The notes beneath the pieces were generated by a model, which did no database searches, was not told the DNA's origin, and was given only the letters and a program-made list of their open reading frames with translations. Source: Candidatus Bathyarchaeota archaeon (GTDB lineage: Archaea; Thermoproteota; Bathyarchaeia; Bathyarchaeales; Bathycorpusculaceae). Taken from it: 64,000 nt of DNA. Both the position numbers and the translations under genes were made by a program. This document shows positions 1-10,592 of this stretch, piece by piece (position 1 is the first letter of the stretch; each line of letters opens with the position of its first letter). Location: contig CAWGYA010000002.1 in assembly GCA_963826715.1 (NCBI GenBank), positions 352,001-416,000 on the forward strand. The letters run 5' to 3'.

Positions 1-147
1 ATTCTCTATATTTTCTACGATTTGGCGCGACTGACATCGATTGAAATCTCAGATCTCATTCTCTACCCAATCTTCTTTATAGCTACACTGTCAATGCTCT
101 GGGTCATCATACTGATTTACAAAGAAAAAGCAGGTACAACTTCCTAA
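1..147 (+). CDS. 3' end of a membrane protein (partial at window edge)
   Basis: Frame 1 is open from base 1: ILYIFYDLARLTSIEISDLILYPIFFIATLSMLWVIILIYKEKAGTTS*, hydrophobic. Confidence 0.55.
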   Translation: MLYIFYDLARLTSIEISDLILYPIFFIATLSMLWVIILIYKEKAGTTS

Positions 148-154
148 GTTTGGA

Positions 155-182
155 TCAAGGGTTCAAATCCCTCTCTGCCCGT
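155..182 (+). other. degenerate tRNA 3'-half fragment (possible att-site relic)
   Basis: AGGG-TTCAAAT-CCCT T-arm followed by an acceptor-like CTCTGCCCG; no 5' half upstream. Confidence 0.45.
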
Positions 183-754
183 TAAGAAAACCTATGCCAC
201 AGTCCAGGCACAGGTATGTTTGGGTCTTACCTTTACACTTTCCGTTCTTGCATATTCTCTGGCTACCACATCTGGACAGAGATTATTTTGCCGCAATGTG
301 GACAGTTAATGATCTTATGGTCCATCTTGATTCAACTCCTGGAACAATGCTCTCAAAAAAATGGTGAACTTACGAGTGACGCCTCGAGGGGGTGGTATGT
401 CCCACCGAACAATAGTTGTGTCTTTTTTGAGGTGAACAGATCTGCTTGAGCGATTTTGATATTTATGTTTTGGCGAAAACGCTTGCTGGAAGGAAGAAGG
501 AGAACGCGGGAGATGTCACTAGTCAACTATTGCTAGTGCATTATTCATTGTTTCTTTGGTAGTTTAAAAAAAGGGGAGGATACGTTTCGCTGAGAGAAAG
601 CCTGAAGGTGATATCCCTTTTGAGGTTATGACGTGCTAGGCTACGAGCCCGAAATATAATAAACTAAACAACACAATAATGGTGTTGCATTAAAAGATTT
701 ATGGTAATTCTTATAAACCCACATTAATATTAGAATCAGTCACCTCAAAAATGG

Positions 755-832
755 GGGCCGGTAGCTCAGCACGGCTGGAGCGTTCGACTGATAATCGAAA
801 GGTCGGCAGTTCAAATCCGCCTCGGCCCACCA
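755..832 (+). tRNA. tRNA-Ile(GAT)
   Basis: GGGCCGG/TCGGCCC acceptor, GCTC/GAGC D-stem, TTCGA-CT-GAT-AA-TCGAA anticodon arm, TTCAAAT T-loop, encoded CCA. Confidence 0.95.
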
Positions 833-1058
833 TTGTACCCACTTTTAGCTATTTTCCATCCATGTTTCTCGCTGGCTTTGTTTTTTACTTCAATTTCAAC
901 ACTATTTCCCTAATTCTACAGTATAATTTGTGGATGCAGCGTTTCTTCTAATATTGATTTGACTTCGATTAAACCTTATTTCAGATTCTAAATATTCGAA
1001 TCAGTGAATTAACTATCTCATCTAATAGCCTGATCTGGCACTAACCAACAATTGTTTT

Positions 1059-1925
1059 TCATTCAACCACAGTTAAATGCATCTGTGAATGGGTCCCTAC
1101 AGTTTTAGCATAGACTTTTGAGACTTCGGCGCCGAAAAGCACGATTTCGTTTAGGACAAAAATCCAAAGCAAAATAATTAGCAAAGACCCAGCAGCACCT
1201 GTGACGGTGGTTATTGCAAATGTTTGAATGTAGAATCCAAATATGTAGTTTGTCACGGTGAAAGCAATGCCAGTCACCAATGCGGCTAACGCTACATCTC
1301 GCCAGTGGACTTTGGCTTCTGGAAGCATCTTGTAGATTATCGCAAAAAGCAGAGTAACCACCATAAACGAGAGCATAACCTGAGTTATGGTAAGCACCAT
1401 GTTGGTTAAGATTTCGTTAATTGAAAGCAGCCTAATGGCAGTAAATATGCTGCCCGCAAACGCCGTCCAAGCAACCACAATTAACCCGAGCAAAGAAACC
1501 ACAACGAAAGGCACAATTTTCTGCCGGATCCTCTTCAGAAGTGGCAACCCCTTAGGCATTTTAAATTCCCAGATGCAGTCCATTGCGTCCCGCAGGACCG
1601 AAAATGCACCAATTGCTCCACCAATCGAAAAAGCAATCACAACCACAGCCGTCCACACCGAAGTGAAAAGACCCGTATTCAAAAGTAACTGACTAAACAA
1701 ATCTGCCACAGCCGGTCCTACCACAGCGGTTATTTGCTGAACTATTATCTGAACGGCTTGGGCTTCGCCAACGAAATATGTTAAGATAATGTTAATTATC
1801 AACAATAAGGTTGGTAGGGGCAATATGATGAAGAAGCTAAGGGCTGCTGCCCGTAGAGTGGTGTTGTCATCTATCCAATCAATAAAGGCGGTCTGGAAAA
1901 TAGTGTAAAGTTCCCGTTTAATCAT
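1059..1925 (-). CDS. YihY/BrkB family membrane protein
   Basis: AAALSFF..LP.L N-terminal motif, YKMLP..KV.WR, GAAGSL.I.LLW...I.LFGAE. Confidence 0.9.
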   Translation of the reverse strand: MIKRELYTIFQTAFIDWIDDNTTLRAAALSFFIILPLPTLLLIINIILTYFVGEAQAVQIIVQQITAVVGPAVADLFSQLLLNTGLFTSVWTAVVVIAFSIGGAIGAFSVLRDAMDCIWEFKMPKGLPLLKRIRQKIVPFVVVSLLGLIVVAWTAFAGSIFTAIRLLSINEILTNMVLTITQVMLSFMVVTLLFAIIYKMLPEAKVHWRDVALAALVTGIAFTVTNYIFGFYIQTFAITTVTGAAGSLLIILLWIFVLNEIVLFGAEVSKVYAKTVGTHSQMHLTVVE

Positions 1926-2073
1926 TTTATAGTTCCGTTTTTGTTTTGGAATGAGAGTTATGTGTGAATCTTTTCCCAGCTAATAATTTTTGGATCTATA
2001 AGTGTATCACAATAAATGAGTTTGCCATAGTTTTTTAAGGTGGCGGTAAGAATACCAGTTAGGGGTAAATGTT

Positions 2074-2442
2074 TTGAGTAAAGAAGAAGAAATGTTAGCT
2101 GAATTAAAAAAAATCAGAGAAGCTCTAGAGAAAGCGCCTCCACCTCAACCACCTAAAGGTTTATGGAACGAATTCAAAGACTTCCTCTCGAAATACAAGA
2201 TTTTCGGATTAGCTGTTGCTTTCATAATTGCCTTATACGTGGGTACGCTAGTTCAGGCGCTAGTCAAAGACATCTTGCTGCCTCTGATTGGCTTGGCAAT
2301 TCCAGGCATTGACAACCTAGCAACCACCACTGCAGGACCATTTGCTATCGGAGACTTCCTTGTCGCTTTGATTACTTTCCTAATCGTTGCCTTGCTAGTG
2401 TTCATTGTTGTTAAGGCAGCAAAGAAATTAAACATCGACTAA
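2074..2442 (+). CDS. mscL: large-conductance mechanosensitive channel MscL
   Basis: EFKDFL..GLAVAFII...LV..LVKDILLP and IGDFL.ALITFLIVA; TTG start. Confidence 0.85.
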   Translation: MSKEEEMLAELKKIREALEKAPPPQPPKGLWNEFKDFLSKYKIFGLAVAFIIALYVGTLVQALVKDILLPLIGLAIPGIDNLATTTAGPFAIGDFLVALITFLIVALLVFIVVKAAKKLNID

Positions 2443-2643
2443 AAGGATCTATTCAAAATCAGATCCTCCCTTATTTTTTATTAAACTACGACACAGTTCC
2501 CGGCACACCCAATCTTTCACAGTTCTCTAAACCCTTACTAAAGAGAGCCAAACTGGTTATATTCACCCGTAGTTACCCATATCTCGATCTTTTCACGAAC
2601 GGTTTATATCAAACAACCGTTTTTCTTTATTAGAGGAATTGTA

Positions 2644-2967
2644 ATGAGCAGCGAACCTTTTCATGTAACAGATGCAAATTTTGAGCAAACCATCAAAAAC
2701 AACAAGCTTGTGCTAGTAGATTTTTGGGCTAACTGGTGTGGTCCCTGTAGGGCCCTAGCGCCTATCATAGTGGAGATTGCGCAGGAATACAACGGCAAAA
2801 TGGTGGTAGGTAAACTTGACGTGGATGAGAACCCTGCGACTGCGGAGCGCTTCCAAGTTTTCAGTATCCCAACTATGATACTGTTCAAGGATGGACAAGA
2901 AGCGGAGAGACTAGTTGGGCTTTGCCCAAAAAACCGAATAACTGATGCTCTACAAAAACATCAATAA
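2644..2967 (+). CDS. trxA: thioredoxin
   Basis: DFWANWCGPC active site, SIPT cis-Pro. Confidence 0.95.
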   Translation: MSSEPFHVTDANFEQTIKNNKLVLVDFWANWCGPCRALAPIIVEIAQEYNGKMVVGKLDVDENPATAERFQVFSIPTMILFKDGQEAERLVGLCPKNRITDALQKHQ

Positions 2968-2971
2968 CACA

Positions 2972-3610
2972 TTATTCGCCATTCATTTTTTCAAACATTT
3001 TCTCAAAAGTCCAGCGTATGCTTGATTTAAGCTCTTTTAGCCTCTCTTCATCAACATTTTTTATAATGATTTCGCGGATTTGATCGCCTTCGCGCACGAT
3101 GTTGTAGCTAAACATTCTATCTGGCGTTAGTTGCCCTAGCCTAACAAGTTCTTTATCTTTTTCCTGCATCTTCGAGAAAACTTTCTCGACTAAAAAGTTG
3201 CTAAACGGGGGGATGTTTACACTGAAGTCCTTGCTCTCATCTGGCATAACATGAATTGTGTGTTTATCAAAGTACATAATCGCCAATGGTTCATCAGTCA
3301 TTGTTTTTAGCGGTATCACAGTTTCTAACGGGGCAGTTGATTGAGCGGAAGGTTTTGGTTCAGCTGCCGGTTTGGGTAAAACCACTTCTTTAGGCATCGA
3401 ATCAGGCACCGTGGGGACCTCTTTTATATCGCCACGTTTGAAACCCTTCTCCAGCAGAATAGTATTAACGGTATCTAGCGTCGCCTGGACTTCCTGTGTC
3501 TCAGTCATTAATTTTTCAAGCTGTTCTTCCAATCTTTTTTTGAAAGCAATCATGGATTTCATTTTTTCAGAGTCTTGAGCCAAACCAATCCCACGCCATA
3601 CAATGCTCAC
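2972..3610 (-). CDS. hypothetical protein with N-terminal coiled coil
   Basis: 212-aa ORF co-oriented downstream of the ligase; true start may be the TTG near 3583. Confidence 0.75.
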   Translation of the reverse strand: MSIVWRGIGLAQDSEKMKSMIAFKKRLEEQLEKLMTETQEVQATLDTVNTILLEKGFKRGDIKEVPTVPDSMPKEVVLPKPAAEPKPSAQSTAPLETVIPLKTMTDEPLAIMYFDKHTIHVMPDESKDFSVNIPPFSNFLVEKVFSKMQEKDKELVRLGQLTPDRMFSYNIVREGDQIREIIIKNVDEERLKELKSSIRWTFEKMFEKMNGE

Positions 3611-3636
3611 TTGTAGCTTATCAGTTTTTAGCTATG

Positions 3637-5406
3637 CTAAGATCCTGAGGAACCGATTTTTTTAAGCTGCAAATTATACATCTCCACAATTTCTTTGGAG
3701 GTAGTAGCATCCTGAGGACTCTTATCAATGCGGTATTTTCCAGTGAATCGTGGAAAACGGATTGCCATTCCACTTCCTTTGCGGATTGAATTCATTGCAG
3801 CCATATGAATAGGACTCAAAGTGACTTCAGCGCCTAATATTTCCAGAACCACCGCCGGTTCAAACCATACGTCTGCCTCCAAGGTGGATTGGACCCGATT
3901 GTTTTTGCGTGGAACTACATGTTTTTGGAGCATTTCGTGAAGCTTGGCAAGATCTTTGTCGGTGAAACCCGTACCGCATTTGGTAACGGTTTCAAAAATG
4001 TCAGAGCCAGGATTGTATGTTGCCAGCAACAGTGCACCATACGCTCCCACACGTTTACCTCGCCCATGAAAAGCCCCTACAACAACTAAATCCACTGTAT
4101 CAGTCATTTCGCTTTTGTAGTCTCGCTTATATTTTATCCAAAGCCAGCCTCGGTTACCAGCCTGATAAATAGAGTCTTTGCCGACTGATTTACATATCAA
4201 TCCTTCGCAACCATCTTCGATAGCTTCCTCAAAAAAGTCCTCGAGAGCCTTCAGGTTTCTCACAAGTTTCTGAGTAGCCGGTCGGATGCGAATGTTTTCT
4301 TTAATTATTTCCTCCAACCTTTTGCGGCGTTCAGGAAACGGTTTCTGAGTCAAATCTACCCCATCTACATAAAGCGCATCGAAGGCGAATAACGAAATGG
4401 GGTATTGGTTAATGGCTTCCTCTACACCGTATTTACGTCTGCGATGCATCAGCTCTTGGAAGGGGCGCATATCACCTGTTTCAAGGTCCATGGCGACGCA
4501 TTCAGCTTCAATAATAATGTCTTTGGCGCTTATTTGGGTACGGATTAAATCAACTGCATCAGGGTACTGCCCTGAAATGTTTTCCAGACGCCTTGAGTAC
4601 AATATGACTTTGTCTCCACTTTTATGCGCCTGAACACGCTCGCCATCATACTTGTATTCGGCTATGCATTTGCCGGCAAATTTGTCGAGTATATCTTGAG
4701 GCTCGCCTAAGCGCTCTGCAAGCATGGGACGGATGGGCTCAAAAACTATCACTTGGAATTTCTCGATGCCTACTAAGCCTTCCTTAGCAACGACATTAGC
4801 GACTCTGCCAAGGTCCGAGGAAATGTTGTAGGCGCGCTCGATTTTTTCGCGGGTTTCTTTACCGCCGCCATACGCAACCGCTAACGCATCCAGCACAGTC
4901 ATATCTGCGATGCCTAATCGTAAATTGCCTGTAACCGTGCGGATAATCCACTTAGCCTCAGTGGGAGAAGCATCTGTGAGAAGCCCTGAGAGCAACGCCA
5001 TCTTGGTGTCTACAGTTCCGCTTCCAGAGGTTTTAGCCAGTTTATCAAGGGTCTCATAAACTCTCTCAATTGTGAGTTTTTTGGTGAAAAACGTAGATTG
5101 CTTGCGTTTAGACAACTGTTTTTCAGCGGTTTCGCCTATATCACCACTTTTCTGAAGATCTTCCTGAATGCTACTTTCACTGCAGCCTGATGCCCGCTTC
5201 AATGCTTTAATCGCTAGTTTCTCAGCAACACCCATCTCGACGCCTTCAAAGTCGGGGTAGAGTTTACCCTGCGTCAAATACACCACCTTGGCAATCACAT
5301 CTTTAGGCGTCCTCTTTAGGAGCTCAACGAGGTAGTCAGTCATCTCCAGCCGCTTAGCAGTTGCTTCGATTTTCTCATAAGAATCAGCGATTACTGCATA
5401 ATCCAT
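3637..5406 (-). CDS. lig: ATP-dependent DNA ligase
   Basis: EYKYDGER (motif I), EGLICK, WIKYKRDY, DLVVVGA, IRFPRF; likely ATG at 5406. Confidence 0.97.
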   Translation of the reverse strand: MDYAVIADSYEKIEATAKRLEMTDYLVELLKRTPKDVIAKVVYLTQGKLYPDFEGVEMGVAEKLAIKALKRASGCSESSIQEDLQKSGDIGETAEKQLSKRKQSTFFTKKLTIERVYETLDKLAKTSGSGTVDTKMALLSGLLTDASPTEAKWIIRTVTGNLRLGIADMTVLDALAVAYGGGKETREKIERAYNISSDLGRVANVVAKEGLVGIEKFQVIVFEPIRPMLAERLGEPQDILDKFAGKCIAEYKYDGERVQAHKSGDKVILYSRRLENISGQYPDAVDLIRTQISAKDIIIEAECVAMDLETGDMRPFQELMHRRRKYGVEEAINQYPISLFAFDALYVDGVDLTQKPFPERRKRLEEIIKENIRIRPATQKLVRNLKALEDFFEEAIEDGCEGLICKSVGKDSIYQAGNRGWLWIKYKRDYKSEMTDTVDLVVVGAFHGRGKRVGAYGALLLATYNPGSDIFETVTKCGTGFTDKDLAKLHEMLQKHVVPRKNNRVQSTLEADVWFEPAVVLEILGAEVTLSPIHMAAMNSIRKGSGMAIRFPRFTGKYRIDKSPQDATTSKEIVEMYNLQLKKIGSSGS

Positions 5407-5994
5407 CTGGGTCACAAGGAAAATACAGCAATGCAACTATTAAAATCAAATCTCGACAACACCCGCTAGCAGCATCAGTTCAACTTGAAAAACAAATGCA
5501 CAAAAAGAAAAAAAGGTTGATTCGCCATTTCGCTAGTATGTATAGCCGAGTTTTCTTCATTCATTCGATAGTCAAAGCATTTACTTGGGTAAACTTTTGG
5601 GAGAAAAAATGTTTAGACCTAAATAAAAAAGCAACAATTATCTCTGACAAACAGACTTCAATTCTATACATACCTAACCCATTCTCATCCCATCCCAACA
5701 AACATAGCACAACATACCATTTGAAGCAAAAAAAACAATTTTCCCCATTTCAACAGCAGCTGAAAAAAAGCCTAAACCAAAAAACCAAACAGCCCCACAA
5801 CCCACCATGGGATGGGAAAAACCAAAACCGCCCCATCCCCACACATTAAGAAAAAAGAAAAGCACACACTATAAAACAGAAGCATACAAAACGGTAACCC
5901 CAATTTCGGGGCTAATTTGTGTTTTTGTGCAGTGTGTCTGCGTAGCTTTTATTAAGGCACAACTCCTTTAGATGCCAAACAAGGTGCACCAAGT

Positions 5995-7047
5995 ATGCCA
6001 TCAGTTAAAGTTGCATTAATCGGTGTAGGAAACTGCGCTTCATCATTCATCCAAGGCATCCAATATTACAGTAAACTTGAGAAACCCCAAGATAACATTG
6101 GGCTACGCAACCCCCAACTTGCTGGAATATACCCCAAAGACATTGAGGTTGTTGCAGCATTCGATATAGATAGAGAAAAAATTGGCAAAGACCTCTCAGA
6201 AGCCATATTCTCCAAGCCCAACAATGCACCCAGAGTCTGCGAAATCTCGGAAATCGGGATTAAGGTTACGAAAGGTCCCTTACTTGACGGCATAAGCGAC
6301 TCAGCCAAAGCCATAATTCAAGTTAGCAACGAAACAGACGCTGACGTTGCTCAAGTACTCAAAGAGTCAGGTGCAGAAATCGTCATAAACCTGTTACCAA
6401 GCGGCGCAGCCCAAGCGACCCAATACTATGCCAAACAGGCAATAGATGCTGGATGCGCATTCGTGAATGCCACTCCAAACTTCATCGCAAGTGATCTCAA
6501 CTGGGCAAAAAAATTCGCAGATGCAGGCTTACCCCTTGTGGGCGATGACCTCGTGGATCAAGTCGGTTCAACCTCACTCCACAAAACTCTCCTAAAACTC
6601 CTAAGCAACAATGGAGTTCATATAGACGAAACATATCAGCTTGACGTCGGCGGAGGAACTGAATCCGCAGAAACCATGGAACGTTCACGCGACGCTAAAC
6701 GCAACATCAAAACCGAATCCGTCGCATCTGCACTGCCTTACAAAACCGAAGTTGTTGCAGGCTCAACTGACTATGTGGATTTTCTACAAAACAAGCGAGA
6801 CAGCTACTTCTGGATAAGCGGCAACTACTTCTGCAACACACCCATGAAAATTGACCTCAAATTCCAAACTGTAGATGCTCCAAATGCAGGGTCGGTACTT
6901 TTTGATGTGGTCCGAGCAGTGAAAGTAGCAATAACAAAGAAACAGAGCGGTGCAGTGGATGCAGTTTGCGCCTATGGATTTAAACATCCCCCAAAAATCC
7001 TACCGCTGGACTCTGCAGAAGCAGAATTCACAAAATTCCTCGCTTAA
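5995..7047 (+). CDS. ino1: myo-inositol-1-phosphate synthase
   Basis: GVGNCASS Rossmann motif, FVNATP, GDD..Q.G, D.PNAG. Confidence 0.9.
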   Translation: MPSVKVALIGVGNCASSFIQGIQYYSKLEKPQDNIGLRNPQLAGIYPKDIEVVAAFDIDREKIGKDLSEAIFSKPNNAPRVCEISEIGIKVTKGPLLDGISDSAKAIIQVSNETDADVAQVLKESGAEIVINLLPSGAAQATQYYAKQAIDAGCAFVNATPNFIASDLNWAKKFADAGLPLVGDDLVDQVGSTSLHKTLLKLLSNNGVHIDETYQLDVGGGTESAETMERSRDAKRNIKTESVASALPYKTEVVAGSTDYVDFLQNKRDSYFWISGNYFCNTPMKIDLKFQTVDAPNAGSVLFDVVRAVKVAITKKQSGAVDAVCAYGFKHPPKILPLDSAEAEFTKFLA

Positions 7048-8144
7048 AAACCGTCAAGACCAGCAATTATTTTCTCTTTTACCCCATTATCTTTCAAGGT
7101 ATCTTTTAGCAAATCTATGGTCCGCACAGGCGTAGGATCCACACCGCGAAGAATCGCCAAATAAACACTCACAAAATCCCCAAGAACCACAGTTGAGAGC
7201 ATTCTAGCCAAAAGACTTATCCCCTGTGCTTCAACCTCAAACATCATCAAACCAGCTTTCTCCATAATTTGCTTAGTTATCTCAATGCGACTCTCAATCT
7301 CCACAGACTCATCGATGTCACGGATAAAAATAATAGAGAAGTACCGAACGCATTCGCCACGGTTTTCCCATCCAACAATTTCGTTGTGGTCAAGCTCTGA
7401 GAAATACTCCCATTTCGCCGGGGATTTACTGTTTTCATTAAATTGAGTCTTAAAACGCTGCGCTACACTTCGGTAAACCCCAAAGCCATAGATTATGGGC
7501 ACAGTTTCATCGATATGCTGAGCCAAATCCTTTGAAGGATTATCTAAAACCGCAATTTCAGGCCCGTTATCTTTACAGACCTTCGCTAAAACCTTCACTG
7601 CTTCATCAAGTTCCATAACTGAACCTGAAACTACACCAATCTTATCCATTAAAACCAAAAGCGGCACAAACAAATAAGGTAACGCAGCACGCGGCGGCAT
7701 TCCACCCGGAACCTGCAGATAGGACACATTATGCTTCCGCGCATACTTGAGCAAGGCACCACCACTACTAATACAGTAAACCATACATTCACGTTCGAGA
7801 GCATCATGAAATGCACTAAGTGACTCCTCAGTATCTCCTGAATAACTAATAACTACCACCAAAGTTTTCTTATCCGCATAATCTGGCAAAGTATATTCCC
7901 GGTACACCTCAATAGGAACTTCTGCCTTGTTTTTAGCCCAATCTTTTAACAAATCCCCACCGATAGCTGAGCCACCCATTCCCGCAACAACAATATTATC
8001 CGGAATAGGAATGTTAAATGTGATTTTCTGCGCTATTTCCAAAGCCTTCTGGTAATGAATTGGTGCATCAACACAGTAATTTAGCATACCACTTCTATCT
8101 ACAGAGCGGATTCTTTCAATATCATCTAAAACAGTTGTGGTCAA
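7044..8144 (-). CDS. bifunctional phosphoglucose/phosphomannose isomerase
   Basis: GMGGSAIGG, SYSGDTEE, PRAA, Q.NENSK, ELDHNEIVGW. Confidence 0.92.
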   Translation of the reverse strand: MTTTVLDDIERIRSVDRSGMLNYCVDAPIHYQKALEIAQKITFNIPIPDNIVVAGMGGSAIGGDLLKDWAKNKAEVPIEVYREYTLPDYADKKTLVVVISYSGDTEESLSAFHDALERECMVYCISSGGALLKYARKHNVSYLQVPGGMPPRAALPYLFVPLLVLMDKIGVVSGSVMELDEAVKVLAKVCKDNGPEIAVLDNPSKDLAQHIDETVPIIYGFGVYRSVAQRFKTQFNENSKSPAKWEYFSELDHNEIVGWENRGECVRYFSIIFIRDIDESVEIESRIEITKQIMEKAGLMMFEVEAQGISLLARMLSTVVLGDFVSVYLAILRGVDPTPVRTIDLLKDTLKDNGVKEKIIAGLDGF

Positions 8145-8234
8145 GTCATATAGCCTCCACGTGACCCGCAGTTTTATATCTCAATCCACCCTTTTAAGCA
8201 CAACGCAGTCAACACAGAGTAAGGAGCAAGGGTC

Positions 8235-9089
8235 ATGGTTAAAAAGAAAATCTCCATCGCTATTCCAACATCAATCATCTCAGATACCCCTCATTTACGT
8301 GAGAAAACCTCCAAAATTGGGTTAATTGCTCGCTCCGCCGCTATTTTCAGAGTTGACCAAATCATCGTTTACCCAGACACCCCAAAAACAAACCAAAAGC
8401 GAGACCAAGAATTCATCGCACTTCTGCTTAACTACTTAGAAACCCCCCAATACCTACGCAAAACGCTCTTCAAACTTGAACCTGACCTGCAATACGCCGG
8501 AATTCTGCCCCCACTACGTACCCCCAATCATCCCCTCAGCGGTAAAACCAAACATCTCAAAGTCGGCGAATACCGCGAAGGCTTGGTGATATCCGAGAGC
8601 AAAGAAGGATTAGCCGTAGATATTGGGGTACAACAACCTGCACTTCTTCGGGAGAAACAGTTCCGTGCCAGGGAACGCTTAACACTACAAGTGGTTAGTT
8701 GTGGTGAATTAATAGAGGTGCAACCAGTTAGCCGTGACGAGGTACCGTTTTACTGGGGCTACTGTGTGAAAGTGGAAGAACACACGTTTGGGAAATTCTC
8801 CAAAACTGGCGATTTCGATTTGAAGATTGCAACAGCAAAGGTAGGAGCCAATTTCGCTGATGTTTCAAATAAGATAAGCAAAAAATGGCAGAGCAGCAAC
8901 AATATACTGATTGCATTTGGTGCACCATCCCGCGGTTTGCACGAAATAGCCGCTGACGAGGGCTTGGAACTCTGTGAACTATCAGATTTTGTCGTGAACA
9001 CTGTCCCAAATCAAGGTACGGTAACTGTTCGAACTGAAGAAGCTCTTTTGGCAACGCTGGCGCTCTTCAACATCTACTTCGTCAACTAA
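8235..9089 (+). CDS. SPOUT-family RNA methyltransferase (DUF171 type)
   Basis: ARSAAIFRVD, YLETPQYLRK, LPPLRTP.H, NTVPNQGT.TVRTEEA. Confidence 0.9.
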   Translation: MVKKKISIAIPTSIISDTPHLREKTSKIGLIARSAAIFRVDQIIVYPDTPKTNQKRDQEFIALLLNYLETPQYLRKTLFKLEPDLQYAGILPPLRTPNHPLSGKTKHLKVGEYREGLVISESKEGLAVDIGVQQPALLREKQFRARERLTLQVVSCGELIEVQPVSRDEVPFYWGYCVKVEEHTFGKFSKTGDFDLKIATAKVGANFADVSNKISKKWQSSNNILIAFGAPSRGLHEIAADEGLELCELSDFVVNTVPNQGTVTVRTEEALLATLALFNIYFVN

Positions 9090-9140
9090 GACAAAAGTTG
9101 TTTTTACTTTGTGTTTTGACTAAAGGAATAAATTCTCCTT

Positions 9141-10280
9141 TTGGTTATTGGTGGGTTTATGCCCTCACTCGATATTGCTATGCCCATCGCCCTGTTAGTT
9201 GTTATAACCGTTGCCATGCTTCTAAACAAGCGTGTAGAGAACAAATTGATGGCAACAGTTGAGCAAAAAGAATTCAAAACTCGAGATATAGTTCTCCTTG
9301 TTGTTTTCATGGTGATTATGATATCCGTCATCGCCTATACCTCAATGATTAATCCAGGAGGCATAGTACCTAACATCCTACTTATCCTCTTTATGGGATC
9401 CTACACTATGCTGCTCTTCACTTTCTCCTACGTCTTCACTAACATGACTAAAGTACGGGCAAAACAAGTTTCAACAGTGTTTGGGATCAGCAGCTTGACC
9501 GCGGCTATAGCCAGTTTTCTAGGTCCACTTACCGACGCCTACACAATTCCCCGTGCAGCAACATTCTTTTTGCTTGCAGCCCTCTGCTTTAGCGTTGTAG
9601 CATATGAACAGAAAAAAACCATAACAAAAAGTCGCTGGTACGTTGCTGCACAGCCACCTGCACTATTTGTTCTACTATTCCTCTTCTTTGCAGCTCTTTA
9701 TGATGGAACAGTTAATTTGTGGTTCCCAATTCTTATGGATGCCTTTGCTTTCACATTTGCACTCTTGATTATCATGTATCTTTCGTCGCTATTTAACTGG
9801 AAAACAGTCTGGGTCTTCGCAGCTCTACTACCGATCATAGATGTAATACTAGTTTTCACCGGACCAATGGTTGCTGCAGCGCACACATTCACAGGTCTCG
9901 GGTTACCAGTGTTGGTTTACCTACCGAATATTCCAGTGATTTTAAGCACTGCAGGCGAGATTGGCCTTCGGGGACTAGGACTTGGAGATTTCTTCTTTGC
10001 AGGCATACTTGTTGTTCAAACTTACAAAAAATTCGGACAAAAAACAGGACTCATAGCAGCTGCCGCGATAGCCTTATCGTTTGGCATCTGGGAAGCTTTC
10101 CTTCCAGACATATTCAACATCTTAAAAATCGAAGGCTTCCCCGCTACAGTTTGTATTATCACTGGGTGGCTACCAATTGTTGCCTGGAAACTATTAATAT
10201 CAAGAAAAGAACCCCCTGCAGTGGTTGTTGTAGAGCAAACACAACACCCATCGGAAACCCCAACAACACAACCACTATAA
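9141..10280 (+). CDS. presenilin/signal-peptide-peptidase-like GxGD intramembrane protease
   Basis: multi-TM; IDV.LVF (YD-equivalent Asp), GLGLGDFF, FPAT (PAL-like). Confidence 0.75.
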   Translation: MVIGGFMPSLDIAMPIALLVVITVAMLLNKRVENKLMATVEQKEFKTRDIVLLVVFMVIMISVIAYTSMINPGGIVPNILLILFMGSYTMLLFTFSYVFTNMTKVRAKQVSTVFGISSLTAAIASFLGPLTDAYTIPRAATFFLLAALCFSVVAYEQKKTITKSRWYVAAQPPALFVLLFLFFAALYDGTVNLWFPILMDAFAFTFALLIIMYLSSLFNWKTVWVFAALLPIIDVILVFTGPMVAAAHTFTGLGLPVLVYLPNIPVILSTAGEIGLRGLGLGDFFFAGILVVQTYKKFGQKTGLIAAAAIALSFGIWEAFLPDIFNILKIEGFPATVCIITGWLPIVAWKLLISRKEPPAVVVVEQTQHPSETPTTQPL

Positions 10281-10523
10281 ACTTAATTAATTATTTTTTT
10301 AAAGTGAAAAGAGATTGGGGAAAAAGTGATTAAAAATAAGAGGTGAGGCTTTTACCCGAATAAGGCATCCGTTAACGTCCGTATTATTATTTTTATATGT
10401 CAATTTGGTAACTGGAGGTTGGTAATATGTATGCAAACCAATTCCTTAAAGTCTAAACGGGAAAGGGAATCGCACCTCAACTCAAAAGCCCATCCCCAGT
10501 ACAAATACTGACATGGATGTTTA

Positions 10524-10550
10524 GGGTTCGGTTCCCCAGCGAGCCCGCCA
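10524..10550 (+). other. degenerate tRNA 3'-half fragment
   Basis: GGGTTCGGTTCCCCAG-CGAGCCC-G-CCA resembles T-arm + acceptor + CCA; no 5' half. Confidence 0.45.
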
Positions 10551-10592
10551 CCCCCCGTGCGAATATGTACTTTTTTGATTTGGGTTAGATTC

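Noticed and set aside
565-625. GCTGAGA inside an AAAGGG...CCCTTT stem, suggesting a TPP or glycine riboswitch
   Set aside because: The other conserved elements (CCC, CTGAT, TAAT, GCG.AGG) are missing and there is no cognate downstream gene.
751-951. 66-aa ORF
   Set aside because: Overlaps tRNA-Ile; spurious.
5361-5865. Lys/Gln-rich ORF and its antisense ORF
   Set aside because: Low-complexity A-rich intergenic DNA between divergent genes, overlapping the ligase start; no family motif.
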